A stretch of 64,000 bases of DNA from Trichosphaerium sp. ATCC 40318 (taxonomy: Eukaryota; Protista; Tubulinea), in assembly GCA_038496445.1 (NCBI GenBank), contig JALMLS010000299.1:62001-126000 (forward strand), written 5' to 3'. The notes below the pieces were generated by a model that saw only the letters and a list, made by a program, of their open reading frames with translations, ran no database searches and was not told the origin of the DNA. Of this stretch, positions 14,569-25,479 are shown one piece after another. Position 1 is the stretch's first letter, and each line of letters opens with the position of its first letter. Both the position numbers and the translations under genes were made by a program.

Positions 14569-17429
14569 ATGAGACAAGATAGTATGCTCAATATAGACGA
14601 TTTCTACAACCCTCAAAATAATATTGTACGCAAAGATACATAATTATGACGAAAACTTTCGTTTTCTCCGATATACTTCTCCACAACTAGTAAAAGTGTA
14701 TGCGAACGTACTCATGATGTTAACGTAGGAATTGGACGATCTCACTTTTGAGAAAACGGACATGACAGAAAAGGACAAGGGAGACCGCCACGCCAAGATC
14801 TTCGGCGACGCGCATATTGGTGGTATGCTATCCATAGGACGTGTATCAGCTGCTATGGGCAAAAATAACGATATGTCTGTAAGCCATGTTACAAAATTGA
14901 TCCAGAAGCGTAAACGTAGAAAACAAAGAAGGTAACAACAAACCAAGTTAAGCTTGAAGTTGTGTTAACGCTTTTTTTCTAAGGTTATTGTATCGTGGTT
15001 TGGTGGCGTTTATCGTATTTATGGCATTATTTCTCATCATAGGTAAGCTATCTTTGTAGCATACTATATTGTTCGCTGATAAATGAAGCGTTTATGCAAC
15101 GTGGTGTTGGGTTCTCTCATTGGCTTGAAGTGTCAATGAAGGATGCAATAGCAGAAGAGGAATTCTCTCCTGAAGATGCACATATTTACAAGTCGTTTCA
15201 TGATATTGGTGAAGTGGTAGGTTTAAAACCATGTCACCATAAAACAAATGTTGTAATCAAAATTATAGAGTGAGTTTTGGCAATGGATGAGTGGACCATT
15301 AATTGGTGCTCTTTCTTCTTTGAATTCGAAGGAAGAAGGCAAGTCATGGTCATCTATATATCAATAACTTTTATTGAAGCCTTTATACTTCGATATAATA
15401 GATTACTTGGTTCTGTGCGGATACGTCAATGTCGTGTACAACGTGGAACATGTGAAGTAACATCATCATTGAAGAAATTCTTTACGGATAGTCAAGTACC
15501 TCCACCACAACTTCAACGATTGTTATCTTAATGCTTACGTTAGGGGCTTATTTGTTACGGACATTGGTCTGGTTCTAAGGAAGAACGAGCACCATTTGGA
15601 CCTGTAGACGAACCTAAAAAGTACTTACCAAGTTGTTTACGTATTTTTCTAATTGTTTACTTAGGTATGTATGGCAAGAAACACCTGCACCATCATCTAT
15701 TGGAGAGCTTCTTCATGTTTACCCTGGAAACGGTTATGTCATTGACTTGGAATACAATCCAATTGTTGCCGCAGAACAAGTTCAAAAACTGCAGGTTGGT
15801 GATATTTTATTTTTGGTTGGTGTCACTCACAAACTCGTGTGTAGGAAGATGCATGGATTGATGGCGCAACTAGGTTTGTTATAGTTACGATTAACATATA
15901 CAATCCTCATACAAACTACTTTATGTCATCACTATTTGTACGGCTTTGAATACCTTGTTACTTTTTTGACTAATTTTTTTGGGTAGTCGATGGAAATACA
16001 TCCATCTGGAGCTTTGTTGACCAGACAAGAGTTCAGACCTTTTAGAGCAACTCTATATTTTACAAATTCCGACATGTTCAGGCTAGGATGTGAAATTTTA
16101 TTCGGACTTTCCTTGATTATGTGGATTGTGTACACTATCGTAGAGGTACTATAACTTATGTCAACATTTCAGAGTATAACTTGATTAGATGGTAAGAGAG
16201 CACCGTGACGAAAGAAGTAGTGTCTGGCAGTGGCTTGTATCGCCATTTTGGAATCTCCTGGCAGTAATCAACCTGGTGTTTTTCTTAACGTTATCCATAT
16301 GGTATATTGTGTTTGTTCTAGAACTCAATGACTTCCGTGGAGATATTGATGATCTCAATAGAGACTCGTATGTTTTTAAGAATTTTTACTTCACTACTGA
16401 CACGTGTGCTACAGTGCATTCACAAGAATGGAAGATCTAGGTCGAAACTGGGGTCTAATTTACAGTTTTGCATCTGTCAACTTGTTTTTGACAGTGCTGT
16501 TAATCTTCAGATACACGAGTTTGAATCCTCGATTTCAAGTTTTATGGATGACACTAATGAATGTATGTTAGATACTCAAAGTATGTATTGTAGGTAAACT
16601 CGCTAACATGTTTTAGGCTGGACCTGATTTATTCGCTTTTATGGTGTTCTTTTTTATTGTATTTATTGGATTTGTGACAACTGCGCACATGTTATTTGGA
16701 CCAGATGTCAAGGAGTATTCAACCTACGCTGCTTCCTTTATCACAGCATGGGGCTTGATGTTGGGTACGTAATATACTCCTTATATTAAGAAATGCAAGT
16801 AATTAACAACTGTGCGTAGGTCAGTTCGATTACCCACCCCTTGCTGCATCAAACAGAGTCATGGCACCACTTGTAAGTTTTTTGTTTGAAGTTGTAAACT
16901 TGTTTGTTGACACGTGATAGTTTTTTATCACATACGTAATGCTGATTGTTCTCATTCTACTAAACATGTTTCTGGCTATTATTGATAATGCCTTTGAAGC
17001 CACAAAAGAGCGTATCAACGAAAAGGTTTGCTCTTTCTTATTTACTTTTCTAACAAAAAAAAAACTAGAAAGAAGATAGTGACTCTGTGGGTGTAAGGCA
17101 AAGATTTAAAGAAGTACGCACACTGTTACTCAATAGTACCTCTTCTTACCCATGTACTCTAGTTCCTTCGGAAGATTCAAAACAAAATATGTTGCTGTTG
17201 CTGCAAGGAAGATAGAGGGTTACCTAGAACCAATAGCGCTGGTGCTGTTGAAATCGCAAAAGTCAAGAAAGACAAAGATGTTGGTTATGAAGAAGTGCTT
17301 GATTCAATTTTACGCATGGGTAAGCACGATGATCTCTTTTGTGAACTACTTGCTTACTCTGAGTTTTTTAAAGATGAACGCTTGAATAGATTGGTAAGAC
17401 CTGAAGAGAGTGACTCTGATGAAGGCTAA
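14569..17429 (+). CDS. Polycystin-2 (TRPP/PKD2)-like cation channel (start approximate)
   Basis: EFWQWMSGPL, YNRLLGSVRIRQCRV, YPGNGYVIDL, WIDGATR, GPDLFAFMVFFFIVFIGF, LLNMFLAIIDNAF. Confidence 0.88.
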
Positions 17430-17842
17430 ACCTTGTACAATATTTATCAACCTATGTAAAAATACAACTGAAGAAAAATCATATGCTATGAGGTTGCTCA
17501 AGTTACACTAGTTTCACTCTCCTTTCACTGTATACTACGTGGTGACATCTCCAAGGTGCATACGTGGTTATTGTGCTGTATCACGGTCATTAAGAGCGTT
17601 AAGTAGTCTTGAATTTGAGAAACAGCTTCTTTAGTACATATTCCTTCGTATTTACGTATTTCCCCAATGCGCGCGATTGTACTCATTTGTTCACGTAATT
17701 TTCGTCAACACTTGCCGTTCAAGCAAATCAAGGACTCGCCCAAGGGCTACAATTCAAGCATATTGGCGGAGAAAAGATTGCCCTGTGCAAATAAAATCAC
17801 AAAAGAAAACTCAAAATTTTATTGACTGTAACTTGCTACATC

Positions 17843-19206
17843 ATGGCTGAAACCAAAAAGAAAGTGGTTGTAGTTACTGGAGCTACCGGATTCCTTGCTG
17901 GACATGTCATCAAGCAGCTTCTTGAGAAAGGCTATTCTGTACGTGGTACAGTTCGTAATTTAAACAACAAAGAAAAGTCACAGCACCTTATCGACATCGC
18001 TTCCGAACTTGATGGCGAACTAGAACTATTCGGTACGCACTACTCTTTCAGGGTTTAAATACATATTTTACACCTATTTTAGAAGCAGATTTAACAAAGA
18101 AAGGATCATTTGACGAAGTCACGTGTGGAGCAAGCGTTGTAATCCACACAGCGTCACCTTTTGCTTTAGTAGTCAAAAACCCTGAAGAAAATCTTTTAAA
18201 ACCAGCGTACGCTTTATTACAAGGCGTTTGCGTAATAACCACTTATATTCATAGCGTTGAAGGTACAATTGACGTACTGACATCTTGTAAAAAATCAGGG
18301 ACAGTCAAGAAAGTGAGACAACTGTTTTTACCTTTTTTTTTTGACACGTGCCTTACCTTTTGTCTCCTTGTAGGTAGTTTTAACATCGTCTGTCGGCGCG
18401 ATTGAGTTCGAGGGTAAAGTGCCAAATGGGCAAATACCAACATTCACAGAGGAAGACTGGAACACAACTTCAACAGTAAAATATCAAGCGTATGCTTTGA
18501 GCAAAGTTCGCGCTGAAAAGGCTGCTTGGGACTTTGTTAAAGATATCGATGAGTTCTCCCTTGTTACCATATGTCCTTCTGTTATCTTAGGACCTGTTTT
18601 ATCGAAAGGAGGTTTAAGTCAAAGCGTAGGCATAATTAAGAGGCGAGCTCACTTTACTGGGTTTTTTGATAACACTTTGTTGTTAGTATTGTCAATGGTG
18701 ACTATCCTCGAGCGCCTAACCTTACTTTTTGTGTTGTGGATGTTCGTGACGTAGCAAAAGCACATATACTAGCTATGGAAAACGATAAGATAAAAGGTAA
18801 GAATCATAGGTCTAAAATGTGTTTTTGATTATCTCACTTTTCTCAGGACAAAGATATATTTGTTCAAAGGAAACAAATCCAACTTGTTTGGACTTGTGCA
18901 ACGTCATTCGAACGAACTTTCCAACTATGCCAATACCCACGAAACCAATGCCAAACTTAGTAATGTATATAGCTGCTATATTCGACTCAAGATTGACATG
19001 GGGTTGGCTAAGGAAAAAACTAAACCAACAATACTTTTTCGACAACACAAAAATAAAAAAGTACGTATAACAGTTTACATCTACTGCGTACTATGATCAC
19101 TTATCAAAAGAATAGAGACATGGGTATAGAATTCCGTGAATTAGAGGAATCATTAGTAGATACTGTCAATTCATTGGTTGAGTTTGGATTTGTTTCGAAG
19201 TTGTAG
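17843..19206 (+). CDS. NAD(P)-dependent epimerase/dehydratase (dihydroflavonol/cinnamoyl-CoA reductase, GRE2-like)
   Basis: VVVTGATGFLAGHV, VIHTASPF, VVLTSS, catalytic YALSK, VDVRDVAKAHILA. Confidence 0.92.
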
Positions 19207-19323
19207 AATTAAAACTAACACTAACAATTTTGTGATAAGGTACTTGCAACCCAAGGCCTTTCACAACAATAAACGATTTTTGATTTATACTCGCTGGTGG
19301 TAATACTTTCGTGTGTACGCGCA

Positions 19324-19345
19324 CTGGTTTGTATTGTATTGTATT
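19324..19345 (-). repeat. Target-site duplication copy (CTGGTTTG) and 3' pentanucleotide tail (AATAC)3
   Basis: Plus strand reads ctggttt-gtatt-gtatt-gtatt; the same ctggtttg recurs at 28777-28784. Confidence 0.75.
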
Positions 19346-19406
19346 AATGGGTAAAGGTCAAAATAATTCCAAAAGAGCGAAAAAATGCAAATATTTTATT
19401 ACGATT

Positions 19407-20112
19407 TTACAGCGGTTGATTGATTAAAATGCGATCGAATTCAGAGATTACTGGTGGAAAGACCCTCGCTTTACCGATACCGTTAAGGTACCTTGTAATG
19501 TGATTTTTGTACGATGTCTTGAACTTAGGTAGTATAAAGTGCTTACACTCGCTCAATACTGACCACTCTGGTAATGGTCCCCTTAGCGCTACTGCCTTCA
19601 TAGCGTTATCTATGATGTCTACAGAACAGCCCTTTACGAAACTAAGATCTCTTTTGAAAGAGGTTCCATTTGCGCAGTTGTATCCTTTACTTAGTTCCCA
19701 AGACACCAAGAACTCGTAATGGCCTACTGCTAATTTACCCAATCTCTCGCTGAAATAAAAGTAAATTATGTGAAATAAAGGAGCATGGGTTTGTTTACTT
19801 GAAGTTCGGTGGTATTGGTTTCACAGCCACCAACTTAATACTGCCTCTGGAGTGGCTAACGTAACCAGACAATCTGGTGACAACAGTTAAGAAACCCATT
19901 TCATCGCCAAAGTAACCAGAGCGCCCAATGCGATATTTGCCCTTCTCGTGGAGTGACTCGATAACGTACAAAACGCCGTTGTCCCATGAACCATCGGTGA
20001 TTGAAATAAAGAAGTCTTTGAAGAATATTGCAGTAGGACAGGCTTCTCGCCTAAGCATCTTAATGCATTCATCTTCGCTATCTCTCCAATGTGGTATTTT
20101 GCGTTCAGCCAT
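19407..20112 (-). CDS. LINE ORF3: two-exon 218-aa protein with T5orf172/MUG113-like (GIY-YIG) motif; exons 20112-19799 and 19749-19407
   Basis: A 49-nt GTAAAC...TTTCAG intron joins two ORF-track fragments in frame (PPNFN-ERLGKL); GVLYVIES...KYRIGRS...TRLSGY pattern; AATAAA just after the stop. Confidence 0.7.
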
Positions 20113-20388
20113 CACTTGCGGTTTCACTGGTTTGATATGTTAAAAATAATTTAATCAAGTTTCGCTTGATTGATGTTGTAAAGGTCAGATCAAGTCTTAT
20201 CTTGTGCTGTCCTCTTCTCCGAAGGCCGGTTGTCGGCTCTCACGTAAGTCACGGCGGCGATAGCCGCCGTGTATCTTCTCCGAGTTCTCAACAGAAAACT
20301 TTAACATGGAAGAAGATAGTTCGGATAATAACCCATCGTTACCCTTCAGAGCTCGCCTAGGCGGCTCCAGGGCGTTATATTAATTGTT

Positions 20389-23300
20389 TTACGTGATAGG
20401 GCTACCGGCAAATCGCCGGTAGATATCTTCCATCTCTGGGCATTCGACAAATTCAGTGTTGTAGTCTATCCACCATTGTTCGTGTAATTTGCATCTTTTT
20501 TGGTAAATACCGTGTATCATCTTGGCTAAGGCGAGATGTACTTTTTTTAGAGACTTAGTGATTGCTACTGAGTCGCAGCCTTGATCTTTCAGGCTGTTCA
20601 CCAGTTTTTTAGGAATGTAAGCTTTAGCAACCAGCTCCTTGGTTTCGAGACTAGGTGCCGTGTTGCGTCTAAAGGAGCAGATGTCATTCGCAGATGGCCA
20701 GAATCGTTTGTATTTGGCTCGTGGGAGGTGTTCTTTCATGGCTAGCTTTATTTCTTTAGCTGTATCTTGTCGATAACTTTCATATTTAGGGCAATCGGCG
20801 ATCACGTGCAGATTGGATTCTATTTCATTACAAAACATACAAACGTTGTCAGAGTATTTATCTTTATTAACTCCAGGCCAGTTTTGTATTGCCCTTTTAT
20901 GCATGATTTCACGTGTGCATAGTTTGTCGTTTCTCGCTTTGAATAAAGTGTTATTAATTTTTTTCATTGTGTAATCTGGTTTGCCGAAGTTAATTGCCGA
21001 GACGCTCATGTCGGCTTTATCCATGATTGGTCTGCGCTCGATGAGCTCTTTGTTCGCCTTTTCTTTAAAAGTTTGAGCTATGTATTTCCGTATGTTTCCT
21101 TCGATAGGTTTAAGTTTTTCGTCGTATAGTGTATAGTCTAGCATTCCGTTGAGTATTTTACCTTCAACTTCGTCAGCTTCTCTACCCAGATTGGCTAGTT
21201 TATCGGCTTCTTCGTTGCCTTCAAGTATCCACTCTATGTTTCTACCAAAGGTGTTTTTGAGTGTATTTACCTCCGCCATGAGTCTTCCCATGCGGTTAGG
21301 TTCCTTTTTGTATGCCTTGATTTTTTTATTGAAGTGGCTAGGTACTTTGTGTATAATGCAGTCACCGTTATTGTCCGCTCTATCTTTAAGAGCGTCGCGG
21401 AGTTCTTTAATGGCTATCGCATTGGGCGAGAAAGGGGAAACCGAGTCACTACATGCCATCTTAATGACATAAGTGGAATCCGTAAATAAGTACATAGGTT
21501 GATCTATTGGGACCACCTTAACAGCTACTATGGCTGCTTCTAATTCAGCTGCATCGATGTCTTGTTTGGTGACTGCTCTACATGCAAGGTTGTTAAGATT
21601 ATCTTCACCGAAGTAGACTCCAACCCCAGCGACATTACCATTTTTCTTTTGAATACGAGAGCCGTCTGTCCAGACGCAAACAAAGTCTTTATGCCAGTGC
21701 CAATCGTCGTCTACGCTACTGTTGATGGTGGATATGCTGTTATTGGAGAGAGTGGCCTTATTGAGGGCACATTTTATTGCCTTATTATTACCTTCAGTTA
21801 TGACTTTGGCTAGTGCGTGATAGGTATATTCGGTAACTGTTTTGCCAAATAACTTACATATTTCATTTCTGTCTACTAGTCTACCGTTACGTATCACATT
21901 GACTTTAGTGATGTCATCAAGAAGGCCTAACGATGTGAGTGTGTCACATTGTGTTTCGTTAAGCATAATGGGTAGTGGTGGTGTTTCAGTGACACTAGCC
22001 ACGCACGTCATGTTCATTTTTAGTAGCATTTTCTTATACATAGTAAGTCTGTCGTCATTAATATTTATTTTTATTTTCTTGGCATGATGAGTTTGTGCTG
22101 TTTGCCTAAGTCCTTTTCTGTTGATGGTTGGAAGGTAAATGTTGTCCGTCAGTCTTTGTTTAGTGGTGACTTGTGGGAGCGAGCCATTTTCTGCGTTAAG
22201 TGCAAATTTATATGTGTTGGCGACGAGTGCTATTTGGTTTGCAAGCATCGGTGGAACTACTTCCTTGCCATCCAGTTCGCGGCTAGCCCAGAGTTGGCAG
22301 TGTTTGGATCTAGAGGTCATAGGGATGGCTCTGAATAGCATCTGAACTACCGCTTTTTTGAGTTTTTTCATGATGTCTAGTGGAAAAGAGTAGAAATTCA
22401 TATGATATTTTAGAGCTTCGTTTAGTACTCTATTAATGATGGTTATTTTGCAGTCATATGGAACTGCTCTGCCTGATATGAGGTTTAATCTATATATGTA
22501 TGCAGACTTAACAGCTTGAGCGTCACGATTCCAGTCCAGTTTTATGTTGATGAAAATGCCTAAGTATTTGTAGGATTTACCAATTTCGATGCCTGGAAAC
22601 TCGACCGAGATATTATTTCTTATAAGTACCAGAGGGTCTGCTTCCTCTGAACTCATATATTTTGTTTTAGCTTGGTTGACTTTCCATCCATTGTAATCGC
22701 AAAAGTTAAGGAAGTGGTTCATGGCGTTGGTCAGATTTTCTTTGTTCTCTGCTATGAGTACAATGTCATCGCAGTATGCTAAGACTGAGATTTGTATGTT
22801 GGAGTTATTAGCGAACTGATAGCCTTGAATATTATTCGAGATGTATTTAATTATGGGGTTGAGGCATAGGACGAAGAGCATGGGTGATAATATATCTCCT
22901 TGTTTAACGCCATTGGTGATGTCAAATTGTTCTGAGAGACCGTCGATAGTGAGGATTTTGCCGCTACAGCCATTGTATAGGGCTGAGATAGCTTCAATCA
23001 TGATATTTGGAAACTTGTAGTACTTAAGCGTTTTGATCATAGACCAGTGTTCAACTGAGTCGAACGCTTTACTTATGTCAATGAATAACATTGCCAATTT
23101 TTTCTTTTCGGCAAATTGTCTCCTGTCTTCAATGACGTTTATGAGCGTAGTGATGTGTCCTACCGTGGATCGCTTTGGTCTGAATCCATTCTGTTCGTTG
23201 GCGAGGATGTTATTTCCATCCACAAACTCTAAGATTCTGTTATATAATAGTCTGGTGTATATTTTGTATTGAACTGCTAGGAGTGCTATAGGTCGGTAAT

Positions 23301-25479
23301 TTTTTGGATCTGTAGGCGAGGATCCTCTTTTATGTATAAGATATAAGTAAGAGTTTTTCCATGTGTCTGGCATGTAACCTTTTGTATAGCAGCCGTTAAA
23401 AAGGTTGAGCATAATATTAAGATATTCGTCATTGAGTTTTTTATATACCTCTGCAGGTATTCTGTCTTCGCCAGATTGTTTCCAGCTTTTGGTGGCTTCT
23501 ATTGCCTCTTTTAGTTCTTCCATTGTGAAGGTTTTGGTATCCATTTGAACTTTGGAAGTATCTATTTCTTCATTGAGCCAGTAAGGGTCTCCGGATGGTA
23601 CTGTGTCTACTTTGTTAAGTATTTTGTCCCAGGCTTTAACGAAAAGAGACATTTTTTCTTTATGATTGTTGGTCACAACACCTGAATCAGGATCTTTCAG
23701 AGGGCTATTAACCGCCGTACCTTTGCGTTGTAATAGGTTGTCGAAAAAGGCTTTAGGATTGTCATGGAACTTATCAATCAAACCGTTTATTTTCTCTTTT
23801 ATAGAATCCGCTTTGTATGCTGTTGCTCTTTGGTCTCGTTTTATTTTAATGTGTTTGATTATTAGTTTAATGTACTCTCCTAGGTCATCTCCATTACCTT
23901 TCTCTTTAATATTTTTTGTGATTTTGTCTTCGTCATGTATAACCAGTTTCTTACATTCTTTACGGATATTTATTAAAACGTTGAAGCATGATTTAACTTC
24001 CGAGGTTGACATGTCAATAGGATCTTTGGATTTGTTGATTAGTTTTTGTACTCTATGTTTAAGATTACCCCATTTTCTAAGTTCATGATCGTTGGATGTT
24101 CTGGTTTTGCGAAATTCTCTGTGTTTGGTGCCTACTAAGTCTTTACAGTTATCGTAGATTTCTTCTGTAAGGTTTTGCGCTAGATTGTCTAGACTGAGAA
24201 GTGAATCACTGTTCAGCCATCTGTTAAAGTTGCGATGTAGTTTATCGCTGATCATAGTATCATTGATAAGGCCTAATTTGTCACTTCTAGTATTAAGACT
24301 GTCTTTTGGTTGTTCTAGTTTGGTGCCTTCATCCGTATTTCCCTTCCACCACCATTCGAACTCAATAAGTATCGGATAATGGTCACTATCTGTGAACGGA
24401 TCATCATCAATAGAGAAGTTCCACACTCTAAGTTCGTCTGACTTTTTAACAAGGAAGAAGTCTAGAAGTGCCTTGCAGCTGAAGATTCTTTCCTTGTCTA
24501 TATATTTCATACTTACTCTGGTGAACATTTCTTTATTTGGGTATAGTATTCTATGAGCTGCTACTAAATCTCTCTCTTGCATGAGGTCTGAAAGCGCTTC
24601 TGATTTATGATCTGAGAATTGCATATTGTGGTTATCTGCGTACCATCTATCAGTGTCTTTATTAAGTACTGAGTTGAAATCGCCACCGATGATTACGTGT
24701 TTTTTCGTACTGTTGAATTTATTTAAATATACATTGATTATATTATTAACTTTACAGAAAAATTGATCTTGTTCGTTAGAACCACTGCAAGGGGAGTAGA
24801 TGTTGGTGATTATGATGGTCGTGTTCTCATCTCCAATTGCTATAAGTAAGATTTTTCTGGACGTGTCGTAGTATACTTCTTTGACTTTGTCTACTAATTC
24901 TTTACGGACGAAAATACTGATGCCTTCTGATTTTTTGAATACTTTGAGTTTGTCTTTTTTTATGCGTAACTTGTCAATGGCTGTCCTTTTTTCTTCTTCA
25001 GTAAGGTCTCTTTTGAGTTTGGCTATTTGTCCACGGAACCATTTTTCTCTCTTATCTTCTGTTGTGAGTAAATTGGTGTACATTTTGTAATTGTCGAGGA
25101 GCGCCGAATCAGTGTCGTGTTTTAATTCAGCTTTATTACACATCATTTCTTGTACTAGGATTACGTCCGCTTGCATTTTCCTAGCTTGTAACATGATTAA
25201 TCCTGAGCTGATAAACCATTTACCTCTGCAGTTGATTGAACAAACTTTTATACAACTCTTATCGCCGCTAATGTTAATGTGATCTGTGTTGTCCGCCCTA
25301 ATTGCGAACTCCAATTGTTTATTGGTAATTTCGTTTTTTGAAAAACCTCCGTTATTGTATCTTTTTGCTATATTACGAATTTCTACTTCTCTGTGTTCGG
25401 TACTGCGGATGCTCGGCCTCGTTCCAGAATGCCCTTTATTTCTGGAGCGAAGACCATAATTGTGTTTGCTACTTAACAT
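20389..25479 (-). CDS. LINE ORF2: apurinic endonuclease + reverse transcriptase + RNase H + CCHC zinc finger, intronless
   Basis: APE: SINCRG, ILVQE, NIYSP, GGDFN, SDHYPI. RT: NYRPIALL, QNGFR, DISKAFDSV, GVKQGDILSP, YCDD, YKYLG. RNase H: WTDGS, AAELEAA, TDSTY, KVPSH, GNEEADKLA. CMFC-x7-H-x4-C knuckle. Confidence 0.97.
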   Translation of the reverse strand: MLSSKHNYGLRSRNKGHSGTRPSIRSTEHREVEIRNIAKRYNNGGFSKNEITNKQLEFAIRADNTDHINISGDKSCIKVCSINCRGKWFISSGLIMLQARKMQADVILVQEMMCNKAELKHDTDSALLDNYKMYTNLLTTEDKREKWFRGQIAKLKRDLTEEEKRTAIDKLRIKKDKLKVFKKSEGISIFVRKELVDKVKEVYYDTSRKILLIAIGDENTTIIITNIYSPCSGSNEQDQFFCKVNNIINVYLNKFNSTKKHVIIGGDFNSVLNKDTDRWYADNHNMQFSDHKSEALSDLMQERDLVAAHRILYPNKEMFTRVSMKYIDKERIFSCKALLDFFLVKKSDELRVWNFSIDDDPFTDSDHYPILIEFEWWWKGNTDEGTKLEQPKDSLNTRSDKLGLINDTMISDKLHRNFNRWLNSDSLLSLDNLAQNLTEEIYDNCKDLVGTKHREFRKTRTSNDHELRKWGNLKHRVQKLINKSKDPIDMSTSEVKSCFNVLINIRKECKKLVIHDEDKITKNIKEKGNGDDLGEYIKLIIKHIKIKRDQRATAYKADSIKEKINGLIDKFHDNPKAFFDNLLQRKGTAVNSPLKDPDSGVVTNNHKEKMSLFVKAWDKILNKVDTVPSGDPYWLNEEIDTSKVQMDTKTFTMEELKEAIEATKSWKQSGEDRIPAEVYKKLNDEYLNIMLNLFNGCYTKGYMPDTWKNSYLYLIHKRGSSPTDPKNYRPIALLAVQYKIYTRLLYNRILEFVDGNNILANEQNGFRPKRSTVGHITTLINVIEDRRQFAEKKKLAMLFIDISKAFDSVEHWSMIKTLKYYKFPNIMIEAISALYNGCSGKILTIDGLSEQFDITNGVKQGDILSPMLFVLCLNPIIKYISNNIQGYQFANNSNIQISVLAYCDDIVLIAENKENLTNAMNHFLNFCDYNGWKVNQAKTKYMSSEEADPLVLIRNNISVEFPGIEIGKSYKYLGIFINIKLDWNRDAQAVKSAYIYRLNLISGRAVPYDCKITIINRVLNEALKYHMNFYSFPLDIMKKLKKAVVQMLFRAIPMTSRSKHCQLWASRELDGKEVVPPMLANQIALVANTYKFALNAENGSLPQVTTKQRLTDNIYLPTINRKGLRQTAQTHHAKKIKININDDRLTMYKKMLLKMNMTCVASVTETPPLPIMLNETQCDTLTSLGLLDDITKVNVIRNGRLVDRNEICKLFGKTVTEYTYHALAKVITEGNNKAIKCALNKATLSNNSISTINSSVDDDWHWHKDFVCVWTDGSRIQKKNGNVAGVGVYFGEDNLNNLACRAVTKQDIDAAELEAAIVAVKVVPIDQPMYLFTDSTYVIKMACSDSVSPFSPNAIAIKELRDALKDRADNNGDCIIHKVPSHFNKKIKAYKKEPNRMGRLMAEVNTLKNTFGRNIEWILEGNEEADKLANLGREADEVEGKILNGMLDYTLYDEKLKPIEGNIRKYIAQTFKEKANKELIERRPIMDKADMSVSAINFGKPDYTMKKINNTLFKARNDKLCTREIMHKRAIQNWPGVNKDKYSDNVCMFCNEIESNLHVIADCPKYESYRQDTAKEIKLAMKEHLPRAKYKRFWPSANDICSFRRNTAPSLETKELVAKAYIPKKLVNSLKDQGCDSVAITKSLKKVHLALAKMIHGIYQKRCKLHEQWWIDYNTEFVECPEMEDIYRRFAGSPIT

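Noticed and set aside
21149-25282. Many plus-strand ORFs antisense to LINE ORF2
   Set aside because: Short, hydrophobic, motif-free shadows of an A-rich coding strand.
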